Shown: piece after piece, positions 1 to 13,573 of the stretch
How the letters are laid out: each line of letters opens with the position of its first letter
Numbering within the stretch: the stretch's first letter is position 1
NCBI RefSeq assembly: GCF_006345805.1
Contig: NC_043009.1
Coordinates: 3,224,001 to 3,288,000, forward strand
From: Octopus sinensis
Lineage: Eukaryota
DNA: 64,000 nt
Reading direction: 5' to 3'
Notes under the pieces: generated by a model
Database searches by the model: none
Told to the model about the DNA's origin: nothing
What the model saw: only the letters and a program-made list of their open reading frames with translations
Made by a program: the position numbers and the translations under genes

Positions 1-180
1 GTACTTTTTTCTAATTTTTAATCCAAGTACTTATACTATCGGTCTCAGTTGCCGAACCACGAAGTCATGGTGACGCAGGCCGACAACCCCAGTGGTCAGC
101 CAGTGGTGGGAGACAAGCATAGACATACACATACAGATGCACATACCACACACACACGCACACACACACACACACACACG

Positions 181-235
<55 letters not shown>

Positions 236-380
236 GGATAGCTTCTTTCAGGTTCCCTCTACCAAATCCACTCACAAGGCAATGGTCGGCCCAAGGCTGG
301 CCCCAGGTGCTACGCAGTAACACTGAACCCGGATCCACATGGTTAGGAATTAACTTTCTTACCTCACAGCCACTCCTGCG
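1..380 (-). mobile_element. SINE family A (tRNA-like head plus CORE-like segment), truncated by window start
   Basis: Matches the full copies at 41051-41476 and 42511-42964 (gccgaacc..., cttctttcag...ctaccaaatccactcacaaggc, cagccactcctgcg), with an internal (CA)n/(TA)n array. Confidence 0.85.
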
Positions 381-1586
381 TAAGTTAGTGTAGAGCCACT
401 GTTTCGTGGTTTTACCAATTATATTTCGCTGTTCGCATTCTAATTTCCAGACACACCTTATTAGAATTTACGGATAATTGCAGAGAATCATTCCTGTGAG
501 CACAGACCATGAATTACATTCGTCTAAATTTAATGCATCCATGCTTAGAAATTGTATTACTTCAAGTTCGGCGGAAAAAGTTTATTATTTTGAGAGGTAA
601 GAAGTCGAAAATTCACACACGATTTAATTCACAGGTGCATCCCTCTGGTATATATACCACTCTGGTATATTCGTTCCTATTTGATTAAATATATTTTGTA
701 AAGATATCTTAGACTAATTATATATTAAGAAATGGAAGTGAGATAATCAAGGTGAACTGAATAGTTTCTTTAGGGACATAGGATTCATACTATTTAGTAT
801 TCCTACTATTTGGGAATCATACTATTTAGGATTCCAACTATTTAGATTCATACCGTTTAATTTTAGAAAAAAGAAGAATTCAATTTTAAGTTTGCAGTGA
901 AGTTTTTTTAGTCATCTATGAATGTTAAATTGAAAGCCAGTATGGTATATTCCTTCTTATTTGGTTATAAAGAATTAAAATTTGAAAAATATAGGAATAT
1001 TCACAAAATTATTATTTAAAGAATTTAAACGTTCGGGTCGTACGATGTATACAAGATACTCCCAGCCCCAGGCGGTTATTCAACAGATTTGTATTACTCT
1101 GATGTTTCAAAATTTCCTAAGTTTCCATAGAAGTTTCCAAAGTCGACAACCATCCCTACTATTTCTATAAGGCTGCGCTCTTCTTATTATATCCCATTTT
1201 AGGTTGAATTCTATATAATTTGTGTTTGGTTCCCAAATTTTGCTAAATAATGTGCAACCTGCGTTATGTTTGAGCCTAAAAGAGGAAAAATGATTGTTTA
1301 GACGTTTTTTTAAAATCTACCGAACAACTGAAATAAAGAAAGTTATTGTTTGAAGTTATTATCATCAAATAGCAGTAATTGGCATTTAGTTGTCACAACT
1401 AACTTGTCATTCTTGTTGCTTATTTTGATTATAATCACCCCACGGATTTTTATGGATAACGCCATACAGAATTCTGGTGCATCTAAATAAAGTACCATAT
1501 TCATATGAATCTAATTTTTGGCTGAGCTTATATGTGTATATATATATACATATATACATATATATATATATTATATATATATTATA

Positions 1587-1647
<61 letters not shown>

Positions 1648-1667
1648 CATATATACATATATGTATG

Positions 1668-1698
<31 letters not shown>

Positions 1699-1950
1699 GA
1701 CACATATATGCATTTATATAGTGCTCCAGCATGGTCGCAGTGAAATAAATAGAAAAGGAAAAAGAATAAAAGTGTGTGCGTGTGTGTATGCTTGTATGTC
1801 TACATGCATGTACATATGTGTAGAGTGTTTAAAGTGGTGTACAGATATTGTATATTGAGAAAAAAGGAGGCAGTCAGAATTTTGATATTGTTTTGACGAG
1901 TTCGGTAAACGGAGGAAATGTTGACTGCCTTTGTTTTTCTCAATATATTC

Positions 1951-1984
<34 letters not shown>

Positions 1985-1992
1985 TTTTGTGG

Positions 1993-2063
<71 letters not shown>

Positions 2064-2636
2064 TATATATGTATATTTACCCCCACACAAAACATAGATA
2101 TATAGAAAAAATAAGTTATATCCGCTATATCTGAACCATGTGAAGCCGAGGAACAATCCCTCAACTAAGAATTATTCGCGAAAAAATGTTGGCTTTCACA
2201 GTGCCGCGTTGAAAGGCGACAATTTCAAAGATCTAGATTACATTTGCAATTTTTAATATTTGATTTGTTATTGCCGTTTCCAAATTCAATTAGCATTTGC
2301 GAATGAATTAATTGGTGTCATTCACACTAGCAGATGGTGTTATAAGAATAATTTTTATGAATCAATGTTTCTATTTTATCTCAAAATTTTCCATTTGACA
2401 TTTTCGTAAATGCGAGTCATATTTACAAATTTTTGATATCTTTAAGATGAACTACGGCAACTCAGTTCATTACGAGAGATGCCATTTCAAGATGCTGAGT
2501 TAGCAATATATTCAGGGTTTACACACACAGACACAGGCGCAGATACACACACACACACAAATATATGAGTGTGTTGATGTGAGCGAGATATATTTGTATC
2601 TATACATATCTATCTATCTATCTATCCATATATATG

Positions 2637-2684
<48 letters not shown>

Positions 2685-3033
2685 TATGTGTGTATGTATG
2701 TATGTATGTATATATATATATATAGACATATGTATGTATATGTGTATATATATATATATACACACAAACGTATGTATTCATGTATTTATATAAATGTATG
2801 TATGTAGGGTTGTGTGTGTATGTATTCATATATTTATATACATTAATATACACATTCATATACATGGACACATATAAAAATATTTATATGATGCACTCTA
2901 ATGCACACACACACATGTATATATATACACTCTCTCTCTCTCTCTCCTCGCGCACACACACGTATGTATATATATATATATACAAACATACACGTACATA
3001 CACACACGCACGCAGGCCCACACCCGCACATAC

Positions 3034-3105
<72 letters not shown>

Positions 3106-3813
3106 TATATAGATATAATATATATATATATATATAAATACACGTCACTGGTACTTGCATAAATGCAAGTACACCCGGCATTTGTAAATTACTCAGCGAT
3201 ATTTAAAAACGCAAATCCTAAGATATTGACTAAGGTAACGACAAGAAAATTACTTCCAGAATCATGAAAATGGAAATGGAAAATTTGATATATGGTAATT
3301 ATCTATTGTAGAACGAAAGAAATATTGTATAGATATAACCACGTGTAAGAATATATATTGTAGAATATATGTATAGGAATTTGTTTGAAGTCGATATTTT
3401 GGAGCAATATATTTAAAACAGACACACAGAGAGTCACACACGCCCACCTAAGACACTCTAAACAGAAAAAAATTGACGATAACGCAATTGTATATACGCA
3501 AGTACTCACACACAGAAGTGCATATGCACATACACACAGGCGCGCGCTCACAAACATGCGCAGCACGTGTGAATATTTGTGTGTTATGGTACGTGCGCGC
3601 TTGTGTTTGTGCGGGTATGTGTGCCTGCTTCTTTGTGCGTGTGTCTGTATCCACATACGTACATACATACATACATATTAGTAATATAAGGGCAAACAAT
3701 TACCAATTTTAAAAAATCAACAATTATTTACGGGTAGAATTCTGTATGTAAATATAACCATTATCGGTAGGAACTTTAAAAAAAAGTTTTCTCTCCACTC
3801 TCTCTCTCTCTAG

Positions 3814-3901
<88 letters not shown>

Positions 3902-4227
3902 AGAAAGTTGGTTTGTGAAAGCACGTGGTTGAATATATAGAAAATAGTAAAAAGTGAAAAAACTACAGAAGGCCTTAAATGTTAAAAAATATATATTTGC
4001 GTCAACATGTCTGAAGAATAATAAAAAAATTTTTGAAGAATATTAAAAAAATTGTTTTCTCTTATAATGACATAATTTAGAAGAAAGACCGGTTTCGCGT
4101 TTAGCTTTTCAAATTTCTTGCGACGTTATGTTTATGTTGAACAGGGTTATCGTTATGTTTATGTTCAAAAGAGTTCTAAAATATGACATACTTGTGTATG
4201 TGTGTGTGTATATATATATATTATTTA

Positions 4228-4278
<51 letters not shown>

Positions 4279-4282
4279 TATA

Positions 4283-4325
<43 letters not shown>

Positions 4326-4541
4326 ATATATATACATTATATATATATATATAAATAAATAAATAAAACCTGTGCTCGTCCCTCCCTTTTTATTTACATA
4401 ATACATACATAATATATATATATATATATATAATATATCTATATATATATATAATGTATAATACATATATACATATATATATACATATAATATACATATA
4501 TATATATATATACATATATATAATATTGTGTGGGTGGTGTG

Positions 4542-4588
<47 letters not shown>

Positions 4589-4913
4589 CGTTAGCGAATG
4601 CATGGATGTCTCTGTTGAAGAAATAGACTGAATTTTCCATCGAAGTTAGTTAATAATAGATACCCGATAATTACCTCCTCATAAACACATATCTACACCA
4701 AAAGAGAGTTTGGGAGACTGGTTTTTTTTTTTACGTCATACTGTTAAGTCCTCAGAAAATTGAATCGTCTGCTGCGGTCAGTCTTTATTATGCAATTTCA
4801 TTGACTCGTTTAACAAAAGAAATTATTGTTTAAGGCATTTGAAAGCTACTCTTTTCTGCATTAAAAAAATTCTTCCGTGTTACCCTGTGTTAATGCTTAT
4901 AATAAATTCTAAC

Positions 4914-5085
4914 CGGTATTAACAAATGATTTAGCATAGGACACCTTTACACTGTGACTGACACTAAGTTTTACAGTTTCGTAGTATATTAACGGGATTC
5001 TGAATGAACATAGAAGAAAAACTTCCTCATCAAGTATTAAGCTGTTAGATAAATTCCTTGGGTTTTCCATTGGATCGTCATATTT
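4914..5085 (-). CDS. Candidate internal coding exon of unidentified gene (KYDDPMENPRNL...AKSFVNT)
   Basis: Unique sequence. Strong acceptor gcatctcttttcag, 57 open codons in phase 0, possible donor G|gttaga. No homology recognised. Confidence 0.35.
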
Positions 5086-7191
5086 CTGAAAAGAGATGCA
5101 TTTTTTAAAACGATAAATAAAAGCTGTCGGAAAAGATAGAATTACAAAAAGCATTAAACACTGCGATAAAATATTTTCGTATTAATTCAAAAAGCATTGT
5201 AATGGATAAAAATAAATGGAAAACGAATAAATTCAGACTATTTTTTCATATATTATATGATGTTTTTTCTTTGATTTGTCAAATGTATTGTTCTTACATT
5301 TAAACGTTTAAAAATTAAACGATAAGAATTCTTTATTTGTTATGTATCAAGAAGTATTCATACGTAATAAAACGATATTCCATTAAAATTGGGAATCCAC
5401 TGTCAGTATACTGATTACTAATTAATAATAAATTATCTCTTGTCTGGATAAAGCCCAATTCCATCTCTCCAAACATATTAAAATTTTAAATGTAAGCTTA
5501 TAGTCTCTAAGATTTATAACGCTTTTCTCATGGAAGTCTACGATCCATACAGGTCTAAGTAAAAATGGTGAATCTTAAAGAGATGGTTTCAATAGTGTTT
5601 AATATTTCATATCACATCTGTCTCTCTCGGAATGTCGGTGAAAATTAAGTACAGGCTGTTCCTGGAAATGATAGAACAGTAATTAAAAGATGAACAACAT
5701 ACAGAATCGAAAAAGGGAATTATATTCTATACTGCATTTGTGCTGCCCAGCCCAAAATTAGCTCTGATCTAACCACAGTATAAAGTTAGATATTATTAAG
5801 TCCTTGAATAATCTATCTTATTTTCAAATCAAGGAGGCATCTCGAACCGCATTAGTCTAAGGATGTATTTTGTTTTATCAAGATTGATTGTGATTTTTGG
5901 TATATACATTTACAGTTTCTAGTACGATGGGCATTTTTGCGGAAGATGCCTTCTTGGATGATACCGTTTTGTTTCTTATATGATGACTTACAGATTATCC
6001 TTGATGTATGTCAGTGAATGGAATCCGTAAGTTTTATACTTTAAATAAAATGAACCCAACTGCCTCTGGGAAATGTGCCCTACATTTAGTATATAATATG
6101 ATTTTCATTTGAGCCTCAAAGAACAACGGTTATTGGTCAATTGATGTGTGTATAAATATTTGTACTTTTGTACTTCTTTGTAATTGATGTATTTCGTATC
6201 TATGACCATTGTATTTTTCATCGAGACGAATATTCAATGAGGACAGTTTTGTATCATTTTAGGACCGAGTATATAAAAACTTTTTAAACCGAATCCTTTT
6301 ATGAGCTCGTTATCTCAACGAACAAAGCTATTTGGAGATAACAATATTGGGTTATGTCAATCGTTCAGAGATGCAGGATCAAGCGCTGCTTCATGCAGTC
6401 AGTCTTATTCGCTCGCGTTGTTAATATCTTTGGAGAAATCTTGAAGTTTTTCTAACATTAAAATACAATACGTATACGAGAAAATATAATACGTGTACAA
6501 TACGTGTACACTGGCTAGCTTTGAGGGTAACGCGGTTTCAAAACACTAATCAGAATATTTGAAATCCGGTACACTGCTAAAATCCCCTTAAAATATAGTG
6601 ACTTACTACTCAACAGGAATTCGATATTTTAAAATATCTATATTACATTGTATACAGAATATACGACGTACAGCAAGATGAATTAATATTATTGCTTTCC
6701 TAATAAATAATCTGATAGTGAGAGGCATCAGCTCCAACATTAAAACAGGGATTCGTCATCTTAGCATTAAAAGACAATGGTACTTATACACAGGTTATCA
6801 TGACATGTAGTACTCATCTATATGAAACCCCCTATATTGAATTTCTTGTCTGACGTCATTTTCGATCGAACAATCGGAAATATCGAAGATATTCTGTTTT
6901 ATTTCAATGTATTACTTCTAAAATATATTTCTGTACCATATATTTGTCTATAAACCCTTCATACATTCACTTTTATATCATAAATTCTTCTTCGGCAATA
7001 CTTACTCCCAGCCTTCGATTTACGTAATCCGTATTACCGTATTTTAATACATATACATTTACACATAGAAGTATATAAATAGATACATGAATATATATAT
7101 ATATAAGATTAATATATATGTGTATATATATATATATATATGTATGTATATTATATGTATTATATATATATATGTATATATATATATATGC

Positions 7192-7264
<73 letters not shown>

Positions 7265-7344
7265 TAGTGAAGTACATAGACACACATACGCAAACAGATG
7301 AATATATATTAGCACATATTCTCACAACTATATACATATATATG

Positions 7345-7390
<46 letters not shown>

Positions 7391-8178
7391 TATATTTATA
7401 TATACATGAATGCTGGCAGATGCACGTGTGTGGGTGTGTGCATGTATATGTTTCTGTATTCCTGTACGTACGTTTATGTATGTGTGTGTGTGTTTGTGTG
7501 TGTAAGCTTTTAATGCATCCGTATTCCTCGAAGCTCAATCCTTGTAATCTTTAGTGTTTCCCTGATTTATATAATCCCCTTCATTCTTAAGTAGGTCCCT
7601 TATCTATCCATTACTTACCAATGCCAAGCTTTTATCTTTTACTCTCTACTCTCAGGATTTTTACATCCAGACTGCTTTAAATATTCTGCATGTTAATAGC
7701 ATTTTTTTTGATCAGATCAGTAGCATTTGGTTACGAACAAAACAAAATCAAAGATATTTTGTATTGTTTTTCGGTAAGACATCAATAACAACATTAATAA
7801 GTAAACTTTGACTGGGGGGTCATGATATTATTAGGGATGGCATAAAATGGAAAACTGTTTTGGCATGCGCGTATGCTAATCGATTTTCTTTTTATTGTGT
7901 GTGTGTGTGTTTGAATGTATATCTGTATGCGTGTGTGTGAGTGGGTGTGTGTGCACACATGGGTGTATGTGTTATTGGTTTCGATAACAGGTAGCAGTAC
8001 ATAATCTATTATTTGGGAACCTGAGTAATTTGATATCGCGTTTAGTATCTTTCTAGGTATGAGGATAATTACGGCATGTGTCGTATCCTATGATACAGCA
8101 TCTATCATGTTTTGCTATATATATATATAATCATATAAACATATATATACATATATATATACACATATATATATATAC

Positions 8179-8249
<71 letters not shown>

Positions 8250-9329
8250 TATACATACATATATAGACCTAGAAAGAGAGACAGAGAATATACATACAAG
8301 CATAAATACATAAATATATGCACACACACACACATATATATATATACATATAAATATAGATACATATGTGTGTGCGTGTGTGTGTGTGTGTGTGTATTTT
8401 TGTATGCAGGCATACATACGCAAGAAGATATATACATTCTAGAGGACATAATGAAATCAGAAACACGACTATACCTGTTTGCAGATGTTCTTAGACAAGA
8501 AAGGCTAATCAGTTGGTGTTGTGTGTGACATTGTGCAGTTTAGGATCATATAAAATAGAAAATGTCCGCAAGAAAATAGTTCCGCGGTACAATTCTGTAA
8601 AACGTCAACAAACATAATCATCGCAATGTTTCTCACAGAAATATTCGAGTAAGTTAGTCAATGTTCTACTGGAGGCATCGAGGGAAGAAAACAAAAGAAA
8701 AGAAAAGACAGTTATTCAAAAGACAATTTGGGAACGTGCGTTGATAAATATTTTCTAATACGCCAAACAACCTTTATGATGACCACATCGAATTTAACGA
8801 AACGGAATAAGTGTAGGGAGCAAACAAAACGAGAAAGCAATGCAAAGAAATGTCTAATGTGAACAAGCAAAGCATTATGCAGTTACTTGAATTCCTAATG
8901 CAGATAAGTTTTCAATTATGATGAATGAATATTAATAATTTATAAAAAATATAATATAAAATATATCAGGTAACAACTCTATATTTTTGGCTTCCCTATT
9001 GTTAGTAACGTGGTTGTATTTACTACTAGCAGCATCCTTAAGACAAGGTAGATGTCATTTCCAAATCAAAGGCGATGAAACTTATAGATCCAAATCTGAA
9101 ACATTTTGTGGCCCTAAAGGAAAATTGAACTAATTGTGGTAGTTCTCAGTAGGTAGTGGATCAAATATTACCCTCGGACATTATCACCAAGAAGGTTCTC
9201 AGTGGCCTTACGACTTTATAGTGGAGAGTAGAAACAGCTGTCTTAATAAATCAACAAAGAAAATCCGGGGAATGAACGAAAAAATTTGATTTGGCTCGAA
9301 GACAGCAAATTTAGGTGACCTAGTATTTA

Positions 9330-9445
9330 AATTGCGCATTATTTAATTAGCACCGAATGAATGAAACGTAATCCAACTTCAGTGGAGTTTGAACTCAGAA
9401 CCTAAAAAATCAGACGAAATGCCGCTAAACATTTTATCAGATGAG
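9330..9445 (-). mobile_element. Old SINE family B fragment
   Basis: tttgaactcagaacc...cagacgaaatgccgctaaacatttt resembles the family B head seen at 31581-31803. Confidence 0.6.
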
Positions 9446-10470
9446 GTAAATACTGCGTTTACGGTGATTGTGAATGCTTTAAATTTGATATGTGCACCTG
9501 GCTATAACATACCAAGTGCACACCTAAGTACGAATAAGAGAGTACATCGAGTTTCTGCGTGTTTTAAAAGGCTACTGAAAAGATTGTGACATGAAGAATA
9601 TCCGACTGTAAAACACAGCCTTCAAAACCGTTCAATCCATGATTATAAGCGAATATGATAATGATAGTAATAAAGACCAATGTGTATCAGTCTGTTTTGT
9701 ATTAGTTGCATCTCTTTGATATGCATCGTGACACTATCCTAATGCTTTTGAGAAACTGGTCTAAATTACGAACATTAGTTTGTTAGAGTGGGAGAAGCAG
9801 AGAGAAAAAATAAACTGCTCCATGTTGTTTCTTTTAGAGATTGTTCCGGATCATGGCTCATATACTTAGTAGGCTAAGAACCGGTTACAAACAATGAAGA
9901 AACAAGAGCAGCCTTTGTGTTATCACTCAACCGGTTAGAAATCTAAGCCAAATTTACCTCAGATCACACCCCGCTGATTATAGTAAACAAACAAAAACAA
10001 AAACAAAAAAAAGGAAGCAAAAGCCAAAACGAATGGAAAGCACATTAGACTATGTTCCATGATATTTCCATCTATCAGCAAAAGTAGTAAATTATCCTTT
10101 TACTTCACTCCGTGTGTCTCTCTAGGCATTTAACCGTCTAGCGAGCCAGACAAACAGAGAAGTTCGTATTATATATGTGGTCACGTTCTTTCGATTGGTT
10201 GTAATTTTTTTCTTGTCTATTCTTTGCTTCATAAACATGCACGTGAGGCTTGTGAAGTCTCTCTCTCACAATCTCTCCCGTTTTACCTTTTCTACCCTTC
10301 CACCCCAAATCTTGTTCTACTAGCATTCTGTCTTCCTTTATTTAAGGCTGAACTTTGCGCATCTGGTTCGATCTGAGCACTAACTCATTATAATATTTGC
10401 CTTTTGAGAGATTCTTTGACTTCACACCAACACGTATAAATACATGCATGCACACACACACACACACGCA

Positions 10471-10522
<52 letters not shown>

Positions 10523-10530
10523 CATATACG

Positions 10531-10705
10531 TATTCTTTATTCTTTTACTTGCTTCAGGCATTTTACTGTGGCCATGTTGGAGCACCGTTTTTAGTCGAAC
10601 ACATCGACCTCAGGACATAGTCTTTTTTAAGCCTAGTACTTATACTATGAGTCTCTTTTGACGAAACCAGAAAGTTACAGGGAAGTAAACACGCCAGCAT
10701 CGCAC
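10531..10705 (-). mobile_element. SINE family A 3' half
   Basis: ttttacttgcttcagg...gccatgttggagcaccg...aagcctagtactta, the same module as the full copies. Confidence 0.85.
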
Positions 10706-10708
10706 GTG

Positions 10709-10774
<66 letters not shown>

Positions 10775-10895
10775 CATATAGATATATATTTACATATGTG
10801 TATATACACATGTATATGCGTGTGTGTGTATATATATACATATATATATATTATATATATATATATACATACATTTACATATATACACATATGTG

Positions 10896-10927
<32 letters not shown>

Positions 10928-10949
10928 TTATATATATATATATATATAA

Positions 10950-11244
10950 TGGCCTAGTGGTTAGGGCAGCGGACTCGCGGTCGCAGGATCGCGGTTTCGA
11001 TTCCCAGACCGGGCGTTGCGTGTGTTTATTGAGCGAAAACACATAAAAGCTCCACGAGGCTCCGGCAGGGGGTGGTGATCCTTGCTGTACTATTTCGCCA
11101 CTCTTTCTCCCACTCTTTCTTCTGTTGGCCTGCTCGCTTAGCCAGCGGGGTGGCGTCATTCGAAGGCTAAAACAATGCGAACGCATTGTGACCAGCGATG
11201 TGTAACAACATCTGATGGTCTGGTCGGTCACGTGATCACGTGAT
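10950..11244 (+). mobile_element. SINE family C (tRNA-Arg-like head), CpG-rich copy inserted in (TA)n
   Basis: Head ggcctagtggttagggcagcggactcgcggtcgcaggatcgcggtttcgattcc carries Pol III box A and box B-like motifs. Body is shared with 59030-59255. Flanked by (TA)n on both sides. Confidence 0.8.
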
Positions 11245-11256
11245 ATATATATATAT

Positions 11257-11287
<31 letters not shown>

Positions 11288-11747
11288 ATATATATCACAA
11301 TATATATATATCACAATAAGAGTGAAAGAAATTGAATATTAATTAATAATGTCAATTTAAAACACCAAGTGGCCTAGCGAAAAAAACTGGGATGCAGTAA
11401 AAATTATTAATATAAGTAATAGAGAGAGACCACATGTGGTCTCTCTCTTATTACTTATATATATATATATATATATATATAAGAATTCTATAATTATAAG
11501 CATAATTATAATTAGGGTTTAGCAAATACTGCTCCACCACATAGCGAAATTTAGAAATAGCAATTTCTGTATGTGGTGAAGCAATTTTTGCTGAACCGTA
11601 ATTATAATCATACTTATAATTGTAGAATTTTTGTACAAGGTTGCCGATAATGGTTCTTTTAACATACCGAACTACTTGGTAAAATTATTAATTATTAAAT
11701 GATTAATTAATTTTACCCTTTATGATATATATATATATATATATATA

Positions 11748-12158
11748 ATAGCTTAAATGCCAACCTATCGGGCGGCTTTTAAGCAAGCTCCTTCGGAGGG
11801 CTCTTCATGGGGCCATCGGTCTAACGGTGACACTTCATGCATTAGGTACATATTAAATTTTATTAAACTTGAACAATGTTTTACAAGCAATTACCAGTTT
11901 TCACCAAAACAATGCTATAATCTGTCTGTTTGGAACGTATTGCAAAGCTGCATGATAAACAACATGTTTGGTCTTCCCATTTGGAGTCAGTTCAAATAAC
12001 TTGTTTCTATTCACAACCCTTGGACAACGAACATCAACCTGGCCGTGAGAAAAGCAGGGTTCCATCAGATGAAGCCCAGTTACTTTCAAATATTGTACTT
12101 TGAACCTATTAATCGACAGTGCAAAGCTCGCTCACACTGGAATCTGAAGTCTTTGGAA
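11748..12158 (-). mobile_element. Helitron 3' fragment: PIF1-like helicase C-terminus and terminal hairpin
   Basis: Frame reads FQRLQIPV*ASFALSINRFKVQYLKVTGLHLMEPCFSHGQVDVRCPRV...NGKTKHVVYHAALQ, matching the Helitron pattern FKRLQFPVRLAFAMTINKSQGQSL...PCFSHGQLYVACSRV...KTKNVVY. An imperfect GC hairpin at 11759-11776 is followed by CTAT then (TA)n. Confidence 0.75.
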
Positions 12159-12159
12159 C

Positions 12160-12681
12160 TATCACCACAACTATAGGTTGCCCATTAGCATCAATGCCAC
12201 CAATTTGCAGGGAGTTTTGTTCGCGCCAAGCATAACATATTGCTCAACAGAATTTACTCTGATCTACGATCATAGTTCTACTTTGTTTAGGAAATTCATG
12301 CATCATATCATTTTGCGAAATATTGCATGACCAACAATAAATGATCAAAAGGATGTTATACAGGGGCACATGGCTTTTGTCAAAGTATGACCTGTGGTGG
12401 TTTGAATTTCTCGTTTTACAAAGCTTGCAGTACGAAACGTTTCCGCCAAAAATGTTACCACGTGTGATAAGGCCACATGGTAAATTGCAATATTCACAGG
12501 TGTACCTGTTTGTGATTAAATGGTGCTGTGCCAACCATTGATGAATACTGATACATGATTCTGCTAATTTAGTAGTATCCCACGATTCTTCTAATATTGT
12601 TTCGCGATTGAAGAGATCCATTCGGGTACAATAAACTGCAGTGTCGCTGGTCTTCAACGGGACACCTCCATCGATCTCCAA
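12160..12681 (-). mobile_element. Merlin (IS1016/IS1595-like DDE) transposase N-terminal fragment, pseudogenised
   Basis: ORF 12244-12681 has two CxxC pairs (CEYC, CKLC) and SYFDKSHVPLYNILLIIYCW. It continues past one TGA as FC*AICYAWREQNSLQIGGIDANGQPIVVVI, matching the Merlin IGG...VVEIDES motif, and is truncated at the first catalytic Asp. Confidence 0.7.
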
Positions 12682-13019
12682 TTCGAAACTGAACTGATTT
12701 TGGTGTGGTATAAACTCATTTGGGTAAAGTAAAATAAGTTGTATTATTTCCTTTTGCTTCTTTTATTAGTTAGCTCCCCTTCATTTTAATTCATTTTTTT
12801 TTATACGCCCGTAATAAAAATTTGGGAATCCAAAATTTCAGGATTGCGTATCCAGATTCGGCCCAGGGAGGGGGTTAATTTACTCATTGACTCAGCCTTA
12901 TTCGAAAATGGCATGACATGTTAGGCTACAGTCTGTAAGAGTGGAGTTTAAAAAGTTTGACTCACTGACATTCGCATTTATTACATTAGACACACACACT
13001 CACGCATACACACACACAC

Positions 13020-13060
<41 letters not shown>

Positions 13061-13065
13061 GAACT

Positions 13066-13199
13066 AAACGCTTCTTTCAGATTGCTTTACCGAACCCACT
13101 CACAAGGCGTTCGTCGCTCGAGGCTACAGTGAAGACACCTGCATAAGGTGCCACTCAGTGGGTCTGAAACCGAAACCAGGTGATCAGGAACAAACACAC

Positions 13200-13200
<1 letters not shown>
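13066..13200 (-). mobile_element. Old SINE family A 5' half
   Basis: gcttctttcag...ccactcacaaggc...aaggtgccactcagtggg, a diverged family A head and core. Confidence 0.7.
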
Positions 13201-13257
<57 letters not shown>

Positions 13258-13515
13258 ATATGTGTACATAATAAAGTGTTAAACTTTATTAATATTAAAT
13301 CTTAAACCAGAATGCAAACATTTATCACCTTTTATATTATTTTCAGTATAAATGTTATATAGTTTTGATAACATATTTCTTGACATTGCGCAAGATAACA
13401 TATAACTGCAACGAAAGGATACATACAACATTACATAACACAAACACAACATAGGTGTACCAAGAAAATGAATGATGGAGCATTGTCGATCACCGGAAGT
13501 GCCTTCACAGCTAAC

Positions 13516-13573
13516 CTGGTGTTGTAAGAACAACGTCACCAACAATCCACCAGTTACATTGTTTCTTTCCTTC
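13516..13573 (-). CDS. Weak candidate short exon (EGKKQCNWWIVGDVVLTTP)
   Basis: Acceptor ctgatattttag and donor CAG|gttagc. Only 58 nt, so a chance occurrence is plausible. Confidence 0.2.

Noticed and set aside
8475-8594. Minus-strand 120-nt segment with good acceptor and donor
   Set aside because: It has stop codons in all three frames.
10950-11015. tRNA gene calls for the tRNA-like sequences (also 41967-42032, 62080-62152 and family A/B heads)
   Set aside because: There is no complete acceptor stem, and the sequences continue into shared SINE bodies or microsatellite, so they are SINE heads.
11636-11680. ccgataa...accgaact, a possible decayed hammerhead
   Set aside because: Both core segments deviate and the stems are unconvincing without a consensus.
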